Part shown: positions 52,451-64,000 of the stretch, one piece after another
Layout of the letters: each line of letters opens with the position of its first letter
Position numbering within the stretch: position 1 is the stretch's first letter
Source of the DNA: Azolla caroliniana
Taxonomy: Eukaryota; Plantae; Polypodiophyta
Assembly: GCA_043228905.1 (NCBI GenBank)
Contig: JBHGNT010000001.1
Location: 13,702,001 to 13,766,000, forward strand
Length of the DNA stretch: 64,000 bases
Direction of reading: 5' to 3'
Notes under the pieces: model-generated
The model's database searches: none
What the model saw: only the letters and a program-made list of their open reading frames with translations
Told to the model about the DNA's origin: nothing
Program-made: the position numbers and the translations under genes

Positions 52451-54201
52451 GTAAGCATAGAATGAACCATACGTATCATACGTGCATTCACATTCAAGAA
52501 TGATTCAATCAAACGTGTATGGTAAATCATCTCAAAGTTGGATTGGATTGACTATGGTCTATATTATATATTGATTCACTCTCGATCCCAATAAGTGGAC
52601 TCTAATCCATTGTGAACCACCAACATAAGTATGGTTACAATATTTGCATTGTATCACATGCATACTTTTGGGATGCAAATCAAGACATCTTTATCATTCT
52701 CACTTTAGAACTTTACAAAAAAAAGAGTTTGCACTATAGAGATTGAATCAAAATATGTCATTATAAATTATAATCAAACGTTCAAAAACTCATAAAACGT
52801 ATATTCGAGAATATGAAGGAAACATGACATAGGTAGTAGTAGCATAACAACTTACCACTAGGGTGACCTAATTTCTAATAACAAAAAAAGAAAAACAGAA
52901 ACGATCAAAAACTCATAAAACGTATATTCGAAAATATGCTAGGGATCATACCATTACTCATATTGGATCTATTATTACTCGCATTGGCTCACAATCGTCA
53001 ATGTACCTTTGAGCTACTTCAAAACGTCCAAATAGTGGATATAATCATATTTGTTTTGTTCACCTACCTTATTGAAGTAATGATAGATTCAATTTCCTTT
53101 TTGAATTAGTAGACTTATTTTTCTTGTGTATAATATACAAATGTATAAATTTATATGCATAAATGTGTGTGTATGTGTATCCTCGTTGATGCATGAATTT
53201 GTGTATCTGTACGCTTGTTGATATATGTGTGCATATGTATTTATGTATAAATTAGTATATGCGTATGGTTGTTTTTGTGTATGTGTATGTGTATATTTTG
53301 TACTTGTATATGTTAGTTTCTTTCTAGATGTATCATGTATGTGTTATGTATAAATTTGTGTGCATCAATGTGTATATATGTATGTGTATTCTTGTTGATA
53401 TATGTCTGTATATCATTGCTAATTATGAAAGAAATCTATAGACTGTCCAATTCATTTCAATAAATTAAATGCTTGAAAATGAAGAGGTTGAAAATTATTC
53501 GAAACATTAAGGCATGCAAAATAATCAACATTCAATGATGCCCCAACGTTATAATATCCATGGTAATTCTTATTCATAATCTTTTGATGAAAACTTGTGT
53601 CGAGCATCATTTTCAAGCAATTTAACCTATCCATATTATAGACTGTGAATTCGCCATTTTCAAGAGAAATTGCACATGGAGCTATTAAAATGTAAATCTC
53701 ATGTCTTCTTATATGTATTTTTCTAATATTAAAGTTTTCAATCATTGAAATATGAACAAAAGGATATTACGTAATCAAGTAACTTAAAACTTTCCTTTTA
53801 TTTCAAATTCTATACTCCAATACCTCTTAAAAATCAACTCAATGACTTAAATGCTTGCAAAAGAAGAGCTTGAAAATGTCAGAAAATATGCGGGAAGCCA
53901 TCAAAATAAACTAAATGACTTAAATGTTTGCTAGGGAACATCTAGAAAATGCTAGAAAACGTGAGGGAAGCCAAAACAATTATTGTTTATTTTCAATCTA
54001 AGGTACCAATTTCATAGATGTTGTTATCACACTAATTGTTTATGAAATCTTTCATTGATATTGATGATGCATTGAGGTGTCGAGCTGCTATAAAGATGCA
54101 TAGGAAAAAGCTGTAGTAGCAACAATTAGCGAATCTACTTACATACTCCAACCAATTTAAGTGCTATTGAATATATAACTTTTTATAATATCGTGGGGAA
54201 G

Positions 54202-54435
54202 ATGGAGTTGCAGCGATTTCGACTTTTGTTTATTTTTCTTTTTGTGGCAATATTAGTCGTTCATGGGCCATCAAAAAGTTATGCTGATGAGCTTGAGCCT
54301 TCTCCATATGTAATTCCAAGGCCGATCCTTAGTCCAATTCCTACCCCATCTCTTGCCACAACTCCTATTGCTCCTCCCACTCCTCCCTCAACATCAATTC
54401 CTCCTGCTCCAACTCCATCAGAAGTTGATAATTAA
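54202..54435 (+). CDS. Small secreted Pro/Thr/Ser-rich protein (AGP/HRGP-like), 77 aa
   Basis: Signal-peptide-like MELQRFRLLFIFLFVAILVVHG..SYA, then SP/TP/AP dipeptides. TATAAAG at 54089; AT-rich non-TE flanks. Confidence 0.7.
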   Translation: MELQRFRLLFIFLFVAILVVHGPSKSYADELEPSPYVIPRPILSPIPTPSLATTPIAPPTPPSTSIPPAPTPSEVDN

Positions 54436-54935
54436 ATTCAACCACTTTTCCAAATCCATTGTTAATTATGTTCCATAAAGGAATGTGTGATTTATAATGT
54501 AACAATCACATATACAAATAATGTTGTGTTTATTCGTGAATAAAGGTATGATTTCATATGTAATAACAATGCCTTTTAATTTCTCCTATGAAGCACCAAA
54601 TTATGGTCTATGTTACATAATATTTTTGAAGTGTTACTTGCACATTAATGAAGTGATCATGTTCATTAGTTGTGATGTCAAGTTTTCAAATAACATGTGT
54701 TTCTTCTATACTGAAATCTTGGTGAATGTTGATACTTATATTACTATTTTGAGGATTGTATTGGTAGACCAATGAATTGCGCACAAAAACTTTTGACATA
54801 TAAGATGTTTTCTAAATCTTTGAAGGATATGATTTAATGGCTCATGTTGAATGTGTGGTGGCTAAAGTATAATTTTATATAGGAGGTATTCATTTCTAAT
54901 GTTTGGACTCTAATCAACATCGACAATTGTATTAT

Positions 54936-55810
54936 TGTTGGGCTAAAAGTCCCAATCTGGCCATATTGTATCCTTAGTCTGAACACACAGTTAACCTAAC
55001 TACTTAAGTAGCTAATTGATCTTGTAAAGACAGTTTTAGTGGTAATAGAAACATTGAGTCTCTTTGAGCAAATCAGTCTCGCTCTCTCTATGTCACGGTT
55101 TCTGTATTCATCTTTTTCTAAAACTGAGTAGGAAACAAATCCTCTCTTGTTCCTTCCTATTGTTTGATTCACTCCACACAAGATCGTATTTGCTTCCTTG
55201 CCACAAGTCGGCTCACACAACCTTATTGTCTTCAACTGGTATCAGCAGGTGAAAGGTTCGACAACAACAACAATATAAGGAGAAGAGAAGAATCATTTGA
55301 AGGAATGGACCATGATACAGAACAACGCCAAACCAACCTTGACGAAAACAGAGTAATGGCGCTCCCTGGACAAGATGTAATGCCGTAATGCCGATCGAAT
55401 TTCAAGTTTCGAGCTTACGAGTGTAGATATCAGAAAGACTTGCCGAAACCGAGTCCGAACAGAAACGACTCGAACAACTATTTGAACTTGGGGAAGTTTG
55501 GCTCGCAAGTCTGAGCCATCTAGAGCAAGGTCAGCATTGGCGAAAATCATTTGTCAACCGAAACCGAAAAGGCAATGAGCAATTATTCGAAATCGGCAAA
55601 GCCATCTTTGTCTTTCACACTAGGCTCGGTTTGATGCCGGGAAGGCTTCGGTTTCGATGGACCGATCCCTTTTAGATCATCGATGAGTTTAATGGGACAT
55701 TTCAACTCGGCACGATGACAGGGGAAATCCTGCCGAAATGGGTCAATGGGTTGTTATTGAAGCCCTACATGGACCCTACACCGCCCAACCCCTTTTCCGA
55801 TAAAACGCAC
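54936..55810 (+). mobile_element. LTR (54936-55234) plus PBS-Met joined to a Gypsy integrase C-terminal fragment
   Basis: TGTTGGG..TTCA, then TGGTATCAG at 55237. 55560-55800 is homologous to 9840-10075 (LRFRWT, IIDEFN, WVNG). Confidence 0.6.
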
Positions 55811-58800
55811 GACAACGATCGACTTGAGGTAGGTGACACGAGGGCTCACAGGGGCACTTTGCGGAAATTACAGTAACTACCCCACCTACCTGAGTATATA
55901 TAATAAGTGTAAAGAAAAATGTATTTAAAGCACATCCACGTAGAGCGAGAAAAGCAAGTACAAAACATTCCCGACGTGTGGCATTAAAATCTAATAATGG
56001 CAGGCATTTTGCCGATTTTGGAGGAAGAATAGTGTATACTAGAGCTTTTCTGTAACGGAATGGGAGGCAAGAGTGATTGCAATGCAACGGAAGATGACTG
56101 AGAGTGTGTGTGTGTGTGAGGCAACAAAGGGAGAGAGAGAGAGAGAGCTCTTAAGGCAGAGATAGAAAAATTGTATATTAACCAAAAATACATCAAACAT
56201 AAAACATCCAACAGTAACTAAGTTACAATGTGTTGGTTTATATACCAACTAAGCTAGGGCAAGTGCCCTTTCTACTATTTATAAAACTAGCCCAACATAT
56301 CCATGAGCTAGTGTGAAACCTATCTATGGGAAGTTGAGTTCGACTCTCAACAGGTCCCTTCGAACACAACTTCTATTTGTTGAGAAGGTTGTTCGGTTCG
56401 TATTTCGACTTGTCTAGTCGGCTGTGTTGCGTACTCGCGTACTCGATCAATTGCGTATGTGTTGTGTATCGTTGCGTATTGCTTCCATGGCGCTTGTACC
56501 TGTACTCCCCCTCAAGTTCGGCAATGTAGATGTCGTGAGACCAAGGTCCGATGCAAATTTCCCGAGCTTGTCGACTCCTAAGGCCTTCATAAATATATCA
56601 GCAACTTGGAGGGTACTAGTATGTTGTAGATCGATCTCGCCGGCCTGTACGCGCTCGCGGATGAAGTGGTAATGCACTTCGATATGTTTAGTCCGTGCGT
56701 GGAGTACGGGGTTCCGCGCCAGGTAGATACTTCTCATGTTGTCGTAGTAGAGATGAATTGGATCCTTGATGGGAACGCCTAGATCCTTTTGTATGCATTT
56801 GAGCCATACGGCTTCGCATGTGGCGACTGCTGCACCCTTATATTCGGCTTCCGTGCTCAACAATGCGATTGTTGGTTGTTTCTGGCTGCTCGAAGAGATT
56901 GCTCCGCTACCGAGGGAGAAGACAAATCCAGAGGTGGATCGTCTATCCGCTTTATAGCTTGCCCAGTCCGCGTCGGTGTACCCTTCGAGTCGAATAGTCG
57001 TGTTTGACTTATACATGATGTCGTAAGCCATTGTCGTACTGACATACCGTAGTATCCTCTTAGCACAATCAAGATGAAGGTTCCGCGGATTCTGCATGAA
57101 TTGGCTAAGTAGGCTGACCGAATAACTGAGGTCAGGTCGCGTAATGGTTAGATAGATCAAACTACTGATCAGTTGTCAATACTGAGTCGGCTTTCTCTCA
57201 GTGGTTCCGGAATTGGCATCAATCTTTAGGTTACGATCGAGAGGGGTAGACACAGGCTTGCACTTGGTCATTCCGAACTTGTAGAGTAAGTTGAGGACGT
57301 AGTGCCATTATGAGATCATTATCCTGATTGGTGTCCGAATTACTTCAATGCCTAGGAAGTAATGGAGTTCGTGCAGGTCTGTCATTTCGAATTTGCTAGA
57401 GAGAAGTGTTTTGACTTTGTTGATCTTGGTTAGATCCTTTCCTCCAATGACCAAGTCATCCACGTATAAGATGATGATGATCGGGCTATCCGACTCATTT
57501 CGGATGTATAGAGAAGTATCAGATTTTGACATCCAAAATCTGACTGATGAAGATACTGCATGATCTTCGAATGCCAAGCACGCGGTGCTTGTTTGAGGCC
57601 GTAGAGTGGCTTCTTGAGTCGGCATACGACGTGCGGATGTTTACGTGATTTGAATCTGGGTGGTTGTATCATGTACACCTCTTCTTCTAACTCTCCTTAG
57701 AGGAAAGCATTTTTCACATCCATCTGGTGGAGGTGCCATCCCTTTGCTGCAGCGAGTGCAATTACTATCCGTATAGTTGTCATCTTTGCCATCGGGGCAA
57801 AGGTTTCTTCGTAGTCTATGCCGTGCGTTTGCGTGTAGCCTTTCGCAACGAGCCGTGCTTTGAAGCGATTTACGGATCCGTCGGCATTATATTTTACTTT
57901 GTATATCCATCTGCAGCCAATCGCTTTCTTGTTTGGGGGGCGAGGAACGAGATCCCATCTCTCATTTTTGCATAAAGCTTCCATCTCCTCGTTCATCCCG
58001 ACGACCCATCGCGGATCCTTTGTGGCTTCGGAAAGCGTTTCCGGTTCCCATACTAATGCTACTTTCATCATAAAGGCGCAGTGATACGCCATGTACTCAT
58101 CATAGTTGTAGCGGTTTACGAGGTTCTTTTCATGTGTGGATCGGCATAACTCTCGATCCGTGGGGAGTATGGCTTTCTTTGCTCCATCTATGCGGATATC
58201 GAGATCTTCAAATTCATTGTCAAGAGAGTGAAGCATCTCGGTCTCTTCTTGATCTTCATATTCCCGCATTTTCACCTTCCCTTTGTCCAGCTTCGGACTT
58301 GGCCGAGATGTGCTTTCATTGCTCAACGGCTCTGATGGCCCACTCAATCGTGTCGTAATTGGGCTGTCTTCTAACATCTGTGTGAGCCGATCCTCAGCTT
58401 CTATTTTTATTTCAGTGTCATCTGCGTCGAGCAGGGTTGGAGTCGAAGTGTTCTCTAGTGCGTACCAAGATGCAAATTCGTCGAAGACTACGTCTCGACT
58501 TGTTCGAACCTTACGGGTAGATGGGTTGTAGCATTTGTACCCCTTCTGTTCGAGTGAGTATCCGACCAGAATACATTTCTCCGACTTTGGGTCAAGCTTT
58601 TGCCGCGTTGTCGTAGTGTAATTCGCACACTACATGAAAAATTGCATTTTTTGGTCTCTCCGGATAGGACATGGAGTACCCGGTGAGAACCGGAAGGAGG
58701 ACCCGGTAAGGAGACTCGATGAGAATCGGATGAAGAAGGTCGGTGAGAGTCGGTGAGAAATGGTCTAAGAGGACCCGGTAAGGAGGACCCAGTAAGAACC

Positions 58801-59552
58801 GGATAAAGAAGACCCAGTGAGAACCGTATGAAGTAGACCCGGCAAGAGCCAGATGAAGAAGGCTGGTGAGAGTCTCATCGGATGAAGAGACATATTCGTA
58901 AATAGAAGAAAGTATAAAAAATATATATTACATGCATAGGGCAAGATTCGAACCTTCCACCTCCATGTTTATAATGTAAAGCCTTACCATTACACTAACA
59001 TATCATTAGTGTTAAAAAAGTAAACGTCCCACATAGAAAGGTAAATTCACACTAGGATAAACTTTAGTTAGAAGAAAACGCATGATAAAAGAAAAAGCTA
59101 TGCATGCGCATGTAGCGTGCATGAGCACTATAATCGATAAAAACGCATCAAGCTAGAAAAAGTAGGATCACTTTAGAAAGAGCATATAGTCTATTGTTAG
59201 AGAAAAGCATGGATTATTAAGACTCTCTCATCACTATATAAGGATGGGGAGCACAATGTAATAGGGTGTGAAATACTTGGAAATTGGATATATTTCCTAA
59301 AACACCAATTAATATAATATATTCGTGGGATTCACGAATTTGTGATCAAAATTGTCTCTTACTATCTAAATATTGATTAAATACACTAAACTCGTGGGAT
59401 TCACGAGATTCATAATGTACCTCTCTTTCTACCTATTCATTACTAGCCTTATCTCATATTCTTCTTTCTGCTAGTCCAAAGCTTCAGTGGTTTGCACCCG
59501 ACTCACGCAATGATCCGGAGCCGAAAGGCACAACACAAGTGGTGAACCCGAC

Positions 59553-60233
59553 GTGAAGGTGGGTGGCAAGGAGATAGAGAATAAACAAGAGGCGATGAGC
59601 ATAATGATGATGATGATTGAGCGGATGCAACAAGAACAACGCTTGATGTCGGAGATCAAATCGGAAGTAGAGCAGCTTGTGCAAAGAAACGGGCAATTCA
59701 AGGGAAAGGATATGTCACGTTATCTATGTGACTACAAGGCGGCGATGATGCGACATGGGATGCCGGAAGGATTGCAAGTGATATCCTTCAGTCGCGTGGC
59801 CACGGATGAGCTACAAGAGAGAATCCACAAGATACGGCAACAAAACCCAACATGGGGGTCCTTTGAAGAAGCTTTACAAGAGGGATATGACTACAAGAGA
59901 TCGAAAGGACGAGATCGGCGAGAGTTCGACGAATGGGTGGCATCGGAGAAGACCCACCAAAGTGCAACACAAGCATTCCTAGAGTTCAAGCATCGTTTTG
60001 CTCGACTCTCGGAGCGGGAACAACGATTGGTGGGGATGGATAAAGTCCTAATGTTCGTGAAGTCGATTGATCGGAAAGAAAGGATGGACATCGGGATCGA
60101 ACTTGAAGATGATGACAGTGCAAATGGCCTTACCGAGGATTGGGCCGATGTCGAAAGGGTATGCCGGAGACATGATGAGAGGAAGAAGAGAATCTTGTCA
60201 ACAACAACATGGCCTATAAGGGATGATCGATAA
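59553..60233 (+). CDS. Gag-like protein (capsid-like region), followed by broken acidic/basic ORFs up to 61774
   Basis: Lies directly after the PBS; FKGKDMSRYL..YKAAM..TWGSFEEAL pattern typical of Ty3 gag. Confidence 0.6.
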   Translation: MKVGGKEIENKQEAMSIMMMMIERMQQEQRLMSEIKSEVEQLVQRNGQFKGKDMSRYLCDYKAAMMRHGMPEGLQVISFSRVATDELQERIHKIRQQNPTWGSFEEALQEGYDYKRSKGRDRREFDEWVASEKTHQSATQAFLEFKHRFARLSEREQRLVGMDKVLMFVKSIDRKERMDIGIELEDDDSANGLTEDWADVERVCRRHDERKKRILSTTTWPIRDDR

Positions 60234-62007
60234 AGGATGACCGATGTGGCTGATACAAAGGTCCAAGTACGATTCGATGGTACCACGGGAGAGGGTGTGG
60301 AACAAGGCATCCTCTTGTCTTGCGAAAGAACAACGACCAAGGATAAGGTGAATGACTTGAGAGTGGCGAATGCTACTTCAAGGGGGGAAGAAGGTTTCGG
60401 AATAAAAGTATCTGAAACATCGGGTGAAAAAGGGGTAAGCATAATCGATGCTTGCATGATCGAGGGAGATAAAGGGTACGAGGCGGACTTGATTGAGGAG
60501 GTTGCCACGAAAGATGATATTGAATCAGAGGTGGCTATGGACGAGTCAATGGCGGATGGCCGTATCAAGACTTTCCCACCACTAATTCCAGAGATTTTGG
60601 CGGTTGCGTTCGAAAGGCAATGTGAGACCGAAGAGACGGAAGGTGGCGGAGAGAAAACGAAGGCCGAAGCTGATGCGTACGACGGAGAGATAGCCGAAAG
60701 GTGGCTATGGGTGAAACAACGGAGGACGATAATACCAAGGATTCTTGCCCACTAATCCTAGAGACTTCAGCGGTTGTGTCCGAGAAGCAACATGAGACCG
60801 GAGAGACGGGAGATGACGACAAGGAAGGTAAAGTCGGAAGCCGGTTCGGATGGAAGATGATCTGTCCGAAATTCCGATCTAAACAAAAGCACGACAACGC
60901 GGAGGTCGGGTCTGTGTCAGGAGAAGAGCATAATACGGAGCACATGCTACGGCGCAAAACGGAACATGCACTACGGCGTAATACGACGCAAGCACTACGG
61001 CAAAAAATGAAGCGTGCATTACAGCAGCACGAGGACCTAAGAGCAAGCGCGTATTCAGAGGTCGACATTGACGTGTGGGTAGAGCCTACGGAAGGCAAGC
61101 GCGGAATGGAGAGAGATAGCACAGTGAGATGCAGAGGACGAGGGGATGATCGAGCCAAAGGAGGAACGAAGGTGGCACGCGAGGGGCAGAATCCGACGTG
61201 CGATCGGAGTGATTGGGGGCCCAATTGGAGGACCTACGTGGCGGACAATGGAAAGAAGTGTCAGAGGTCAAACCGGTCAAGGCCGGTGAAAACAAGGAAA
61301 AGGAAACAAATCCGGACGGAAACCAATCGGTCGAAACCAACCCGGAAGGGGACCGAATCAGTAAAAACAGATCAACCGAGTCTGGTTTGGGTAAATACGA
61401 ATCGGAATGGAAGCCGATTGAACCGAAAGATGATCGGGCGAGACCGATCCGGAGAAAAGTCAAGGTTGCTAAAGATAAGGAAGAGGCCAAGCAAAGACAC
61501 TACCACGGACGACAAGGACCAAGCGGGCCAAGTGGATTTGAAGAGTGCTACCAAGGATGAGATCTTAACAAAGACGGTGAGCTCTAACATGAAGATTATC
61601 AACTCTAACGCGAGATTATACGACAAAGGTGAACAAAGTGGGAAGCATGGCACATGTGCAAGACAAGAAGGGTTATGCTCAAGAGGATCACAAGGAGCCA
61701 TGACAACTGGTCATGGCAATGCAAAGAGAGAACAAAGAATATGGTGGATCGGATGGCGACAATGGTTTGGGTGAAAAAAATGGATATGCTCAAAATGGAG
61801 AGACAAAGTCAACATAACAAGAGAAACGGAGGGGATTGCGAGTAAAGGAGAAATACAAGAGCCGGAAACCGGTAATCGGGCGGAGCAAGCAACTGAAAAT
61901 CGGAAACCGGGCGGCACCGGCAACCAAGCACGACTGACGATGAAACCAACCGGGCGGAGACCGGACGGACAAGACTAACAATCACCGACAGCTTTGGCAC
62001 ATACCGG

Positions 62008-62767
62008 TGTCGTAGTGTATTTCGTACACTACGTGAAAAACTTATAAAGTACCGATTTAATAAATATAAATAAATAGTAGAAAATATTAAAATATTTATA
62101 ACATGCATAGGGCAAGATTTGAACCTTGCACCTCCATGTTAATAATGTGAAACCTTACCATTACACTAGCATTTCATTAGTGTTAAAAAGTAGATGTCCC
62201 ACATAGAAAGCTAAGTTTACCTAGGATAAACTTTAGTTAAAAGAAAACGCATGCTAAAGGAAAAGGCTACGCATGCACATCTAGCGTGCATGAACGCTAT
62301 AGTTGATAAAAAACGCACAAGTTAGAAAAAGCATGATCACTTTAGATAAAGCATATACTCTATCTATAGAAAAAGCATGAAGTCTATAGTTAGAGAAAAC
62401 GCATGGGTTGGAAAAGACTCTCTCATCTCTATATAAGGATGAGGAGCACAATGTAATGGGTGTGTGAAATACTTGGAAATTGGATATATTTCCAAAAACA
62501 CCAACCAATTAATATAATCGTGGGATTCACGAAAATAATATAATCTATACTTGTGGGATTCACAAGTTTCTTATATCTTTCTTTCAATCTAAATACATAT
62601 TCTTATCTAAATACTGATTAATAAAATATATTATACTTGTGGGATTCACAAGTTTATAATAATCTATTCATAATTAAAATCGTCTCAAATTCTTCCTCTT
62701 CCTAGTCCAAAACCCCAGCGGTTCCCACCCGACTCACGCAAACGATCCGGAGCCGAAAGGCACGACA
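62008..62767 (+). mobile_element. Solo LTR of a related subfamily inserted just upstream of the PPT
   Basis: TGTCGTAGTG..CACGACA; lacks the GACCCGG block of the other LTRs; flanks CCGG/CCGA. Confidence 0.8.
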
Positions 62768-64000
62768 CCGAAGGATGTGCGGGTTCGGAGGGGGCGAGTG
62801 TCGTAGTGTAATTCGCACACTACGTGAAAAATTGCATTTTTTGGTCTCTCCGGATAGAACATGGAGTACCCGGTGAGAACCGGAAGGAGGACCCGGTAAG
62901 GAGACCCGGTGAGAATCGGATGAAGAAGGCCGGTGAGAGTTGGTGAGAAATGAACAAAGACAACCCGGTAAGGAGGACCCGGTAAGAACCGGATAAAGAA
63001 GACCCGGTGAGAACCGGATGAAGTAGACCTGGCAAGAGCCAGATGAAGAAGGCCGGTGAGAGTCTCACGGGATGAAGAGACATATTCGTAAATAGAAGAA
63101 AGTATAAAAAATATATATTACATGTATAGGGCAAGATTCGAACCTTCCACCTCCATGTTTATAATGTAAAGCCTTACTATATTACACTAACATATCATTA
63201 GTGTTAAAAAAGTAAACGTCCCACATAGAAAGGTAAGTTCACGCTAGGATAAACTTTAGTTAGAAGAAAATGCATGATAAAAGAAAAAGCTACGCATGCG
63301 CATGTAGCGTGCATGAACACCATAATTGATAAAAACGCATCAAGCTAGAAAAAGTAGGATCACTTTAGAAAAAGCATATAGTCTATTGTTAGAGAAAAGC
63401 ATGGATTATTAAGACTCTCTCATCACTATATAAGGATGGGGAGCACAATGTAATAGGGTGTGAAATACTTGGAAATTGGATATATTTCCTGAAACACCAA
63501 TTAATATAATATATTCGTGGGATTCACGAATTTGTGATCAAAATTGTCTCTTACTATCTAAATATTGAATACACTAAACTCGTGGGATTCACAAGATTCA
63601 TAACTTACCTATCTTTCTACCTATTCATTACTAGCCTTATCTCATATTCTTCTTTCTGCTAGTCCAAAACTTCAGTGGTTTCCACCCGACTCACGCAATG
63701 ATCTGGAGCCGAAAGGCACGACACCGTATCATCGGGAATATGTATGTAGGCGATAGAACCGAAAATGCAGACATGTGACAAGTTTGGCCTATTTCCGAAG
63801 AACTTCTCATGCGGAGTTATATAGTGTACTCTCGAGGTTGTGCACCTGTGCATGAGATATATGGCCGTATTTGTGGCTTGTGCCCAATATGATTTCGGTA
63901 GGTTCTTCTCGTTCATCATGGCTCGCGCAACTTCTACTACTTGACGATTTTTACGCTCTGCTATGCCGTTTTGCTGAGGCGTGTGTCGACACGAGAACTC

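Larger units (their letters stand above)
58609..63723 (+). mobile_element. Non-autonomous LTR retrotransposon with tRNA-Trp PBS (LTRs 58609-59535 and 62799-63723), gag-like ORF, no pol
   Basis: TGTCGT..AC(A/G)ACA ends; PBS TGGTGAACCCGACGTGAA at 59540-59557; PPT GGAGGGGGCGAG before 62799; flanks GCGT/CCGT. Confidence 0.9.
56083..64000 (-). mobile_element. Ty1/Copia element (INT, RT, RH, 3' LTR about 56083-56352), interrupted at 58609-63723
   Basis: ORFs 56447, 57308, 57697 and 63659 carry RT/RH/INT motifs. The reading frame IPDDT|RQKLD is restored across the insertion. Left LTR boundary approximate. Confidence 0.92.

Noticed and set aside
45352-60233. Complementation between the pol-only chromovirus and the gag-only Trp element
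   Set aside because: Different LTRs, PBS tRNAs and apparent ages; no shared cis signals.
60701-61774. 357-aa ORF as an env-like gene
   Set aside because: Low-complexity charged sequence with no signal peptide or transmembrane segment; probably a decayed internal region.

Overview
Eukaryotic, transposon-dense plant DNA; the TE repertoire (Tcn1-like chromovirus, RTE LINE) suggests a non-seed land plant such as a fern, which is inference only. The window is mostly nested, decayed LTR retrotransposons (several Ty1/Copia, three Ty3/Gypsy types), with an RTE-like LINE, a hAT MITE and microsatellites. The only intact-looking host gene is a small secreted Pro-rich protein (54202-54435). Four structures stand out. 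(1) A TSD-bounded Gypsy element (5303-14192) has no polypurine tract; instead a sense tRNA-Arg-like sequence ending in CCA sits 2 nt before its 3' LTR and is complementary to its own PBS. (2) A 7.8-kb Sola2-like DNA transposon (24881-32723; 25-bp TIRs, ATAG TSD) carries a convergent multi-exon RING-H2 gene, and its long introns are filled with minisatellites, two of them arrays of a palindrome also found beside both TIRs. (3) A young gag-less chromovirus dimer (40643-48630) has four LTRs under one TSD and a central junction resembling a 2-LTR circle. (4) An antisense tRNA-like A-box/B-box cassette is shared by the LTRs of two different retrotransposon families. All alignments were done by eye; no database searches were run.
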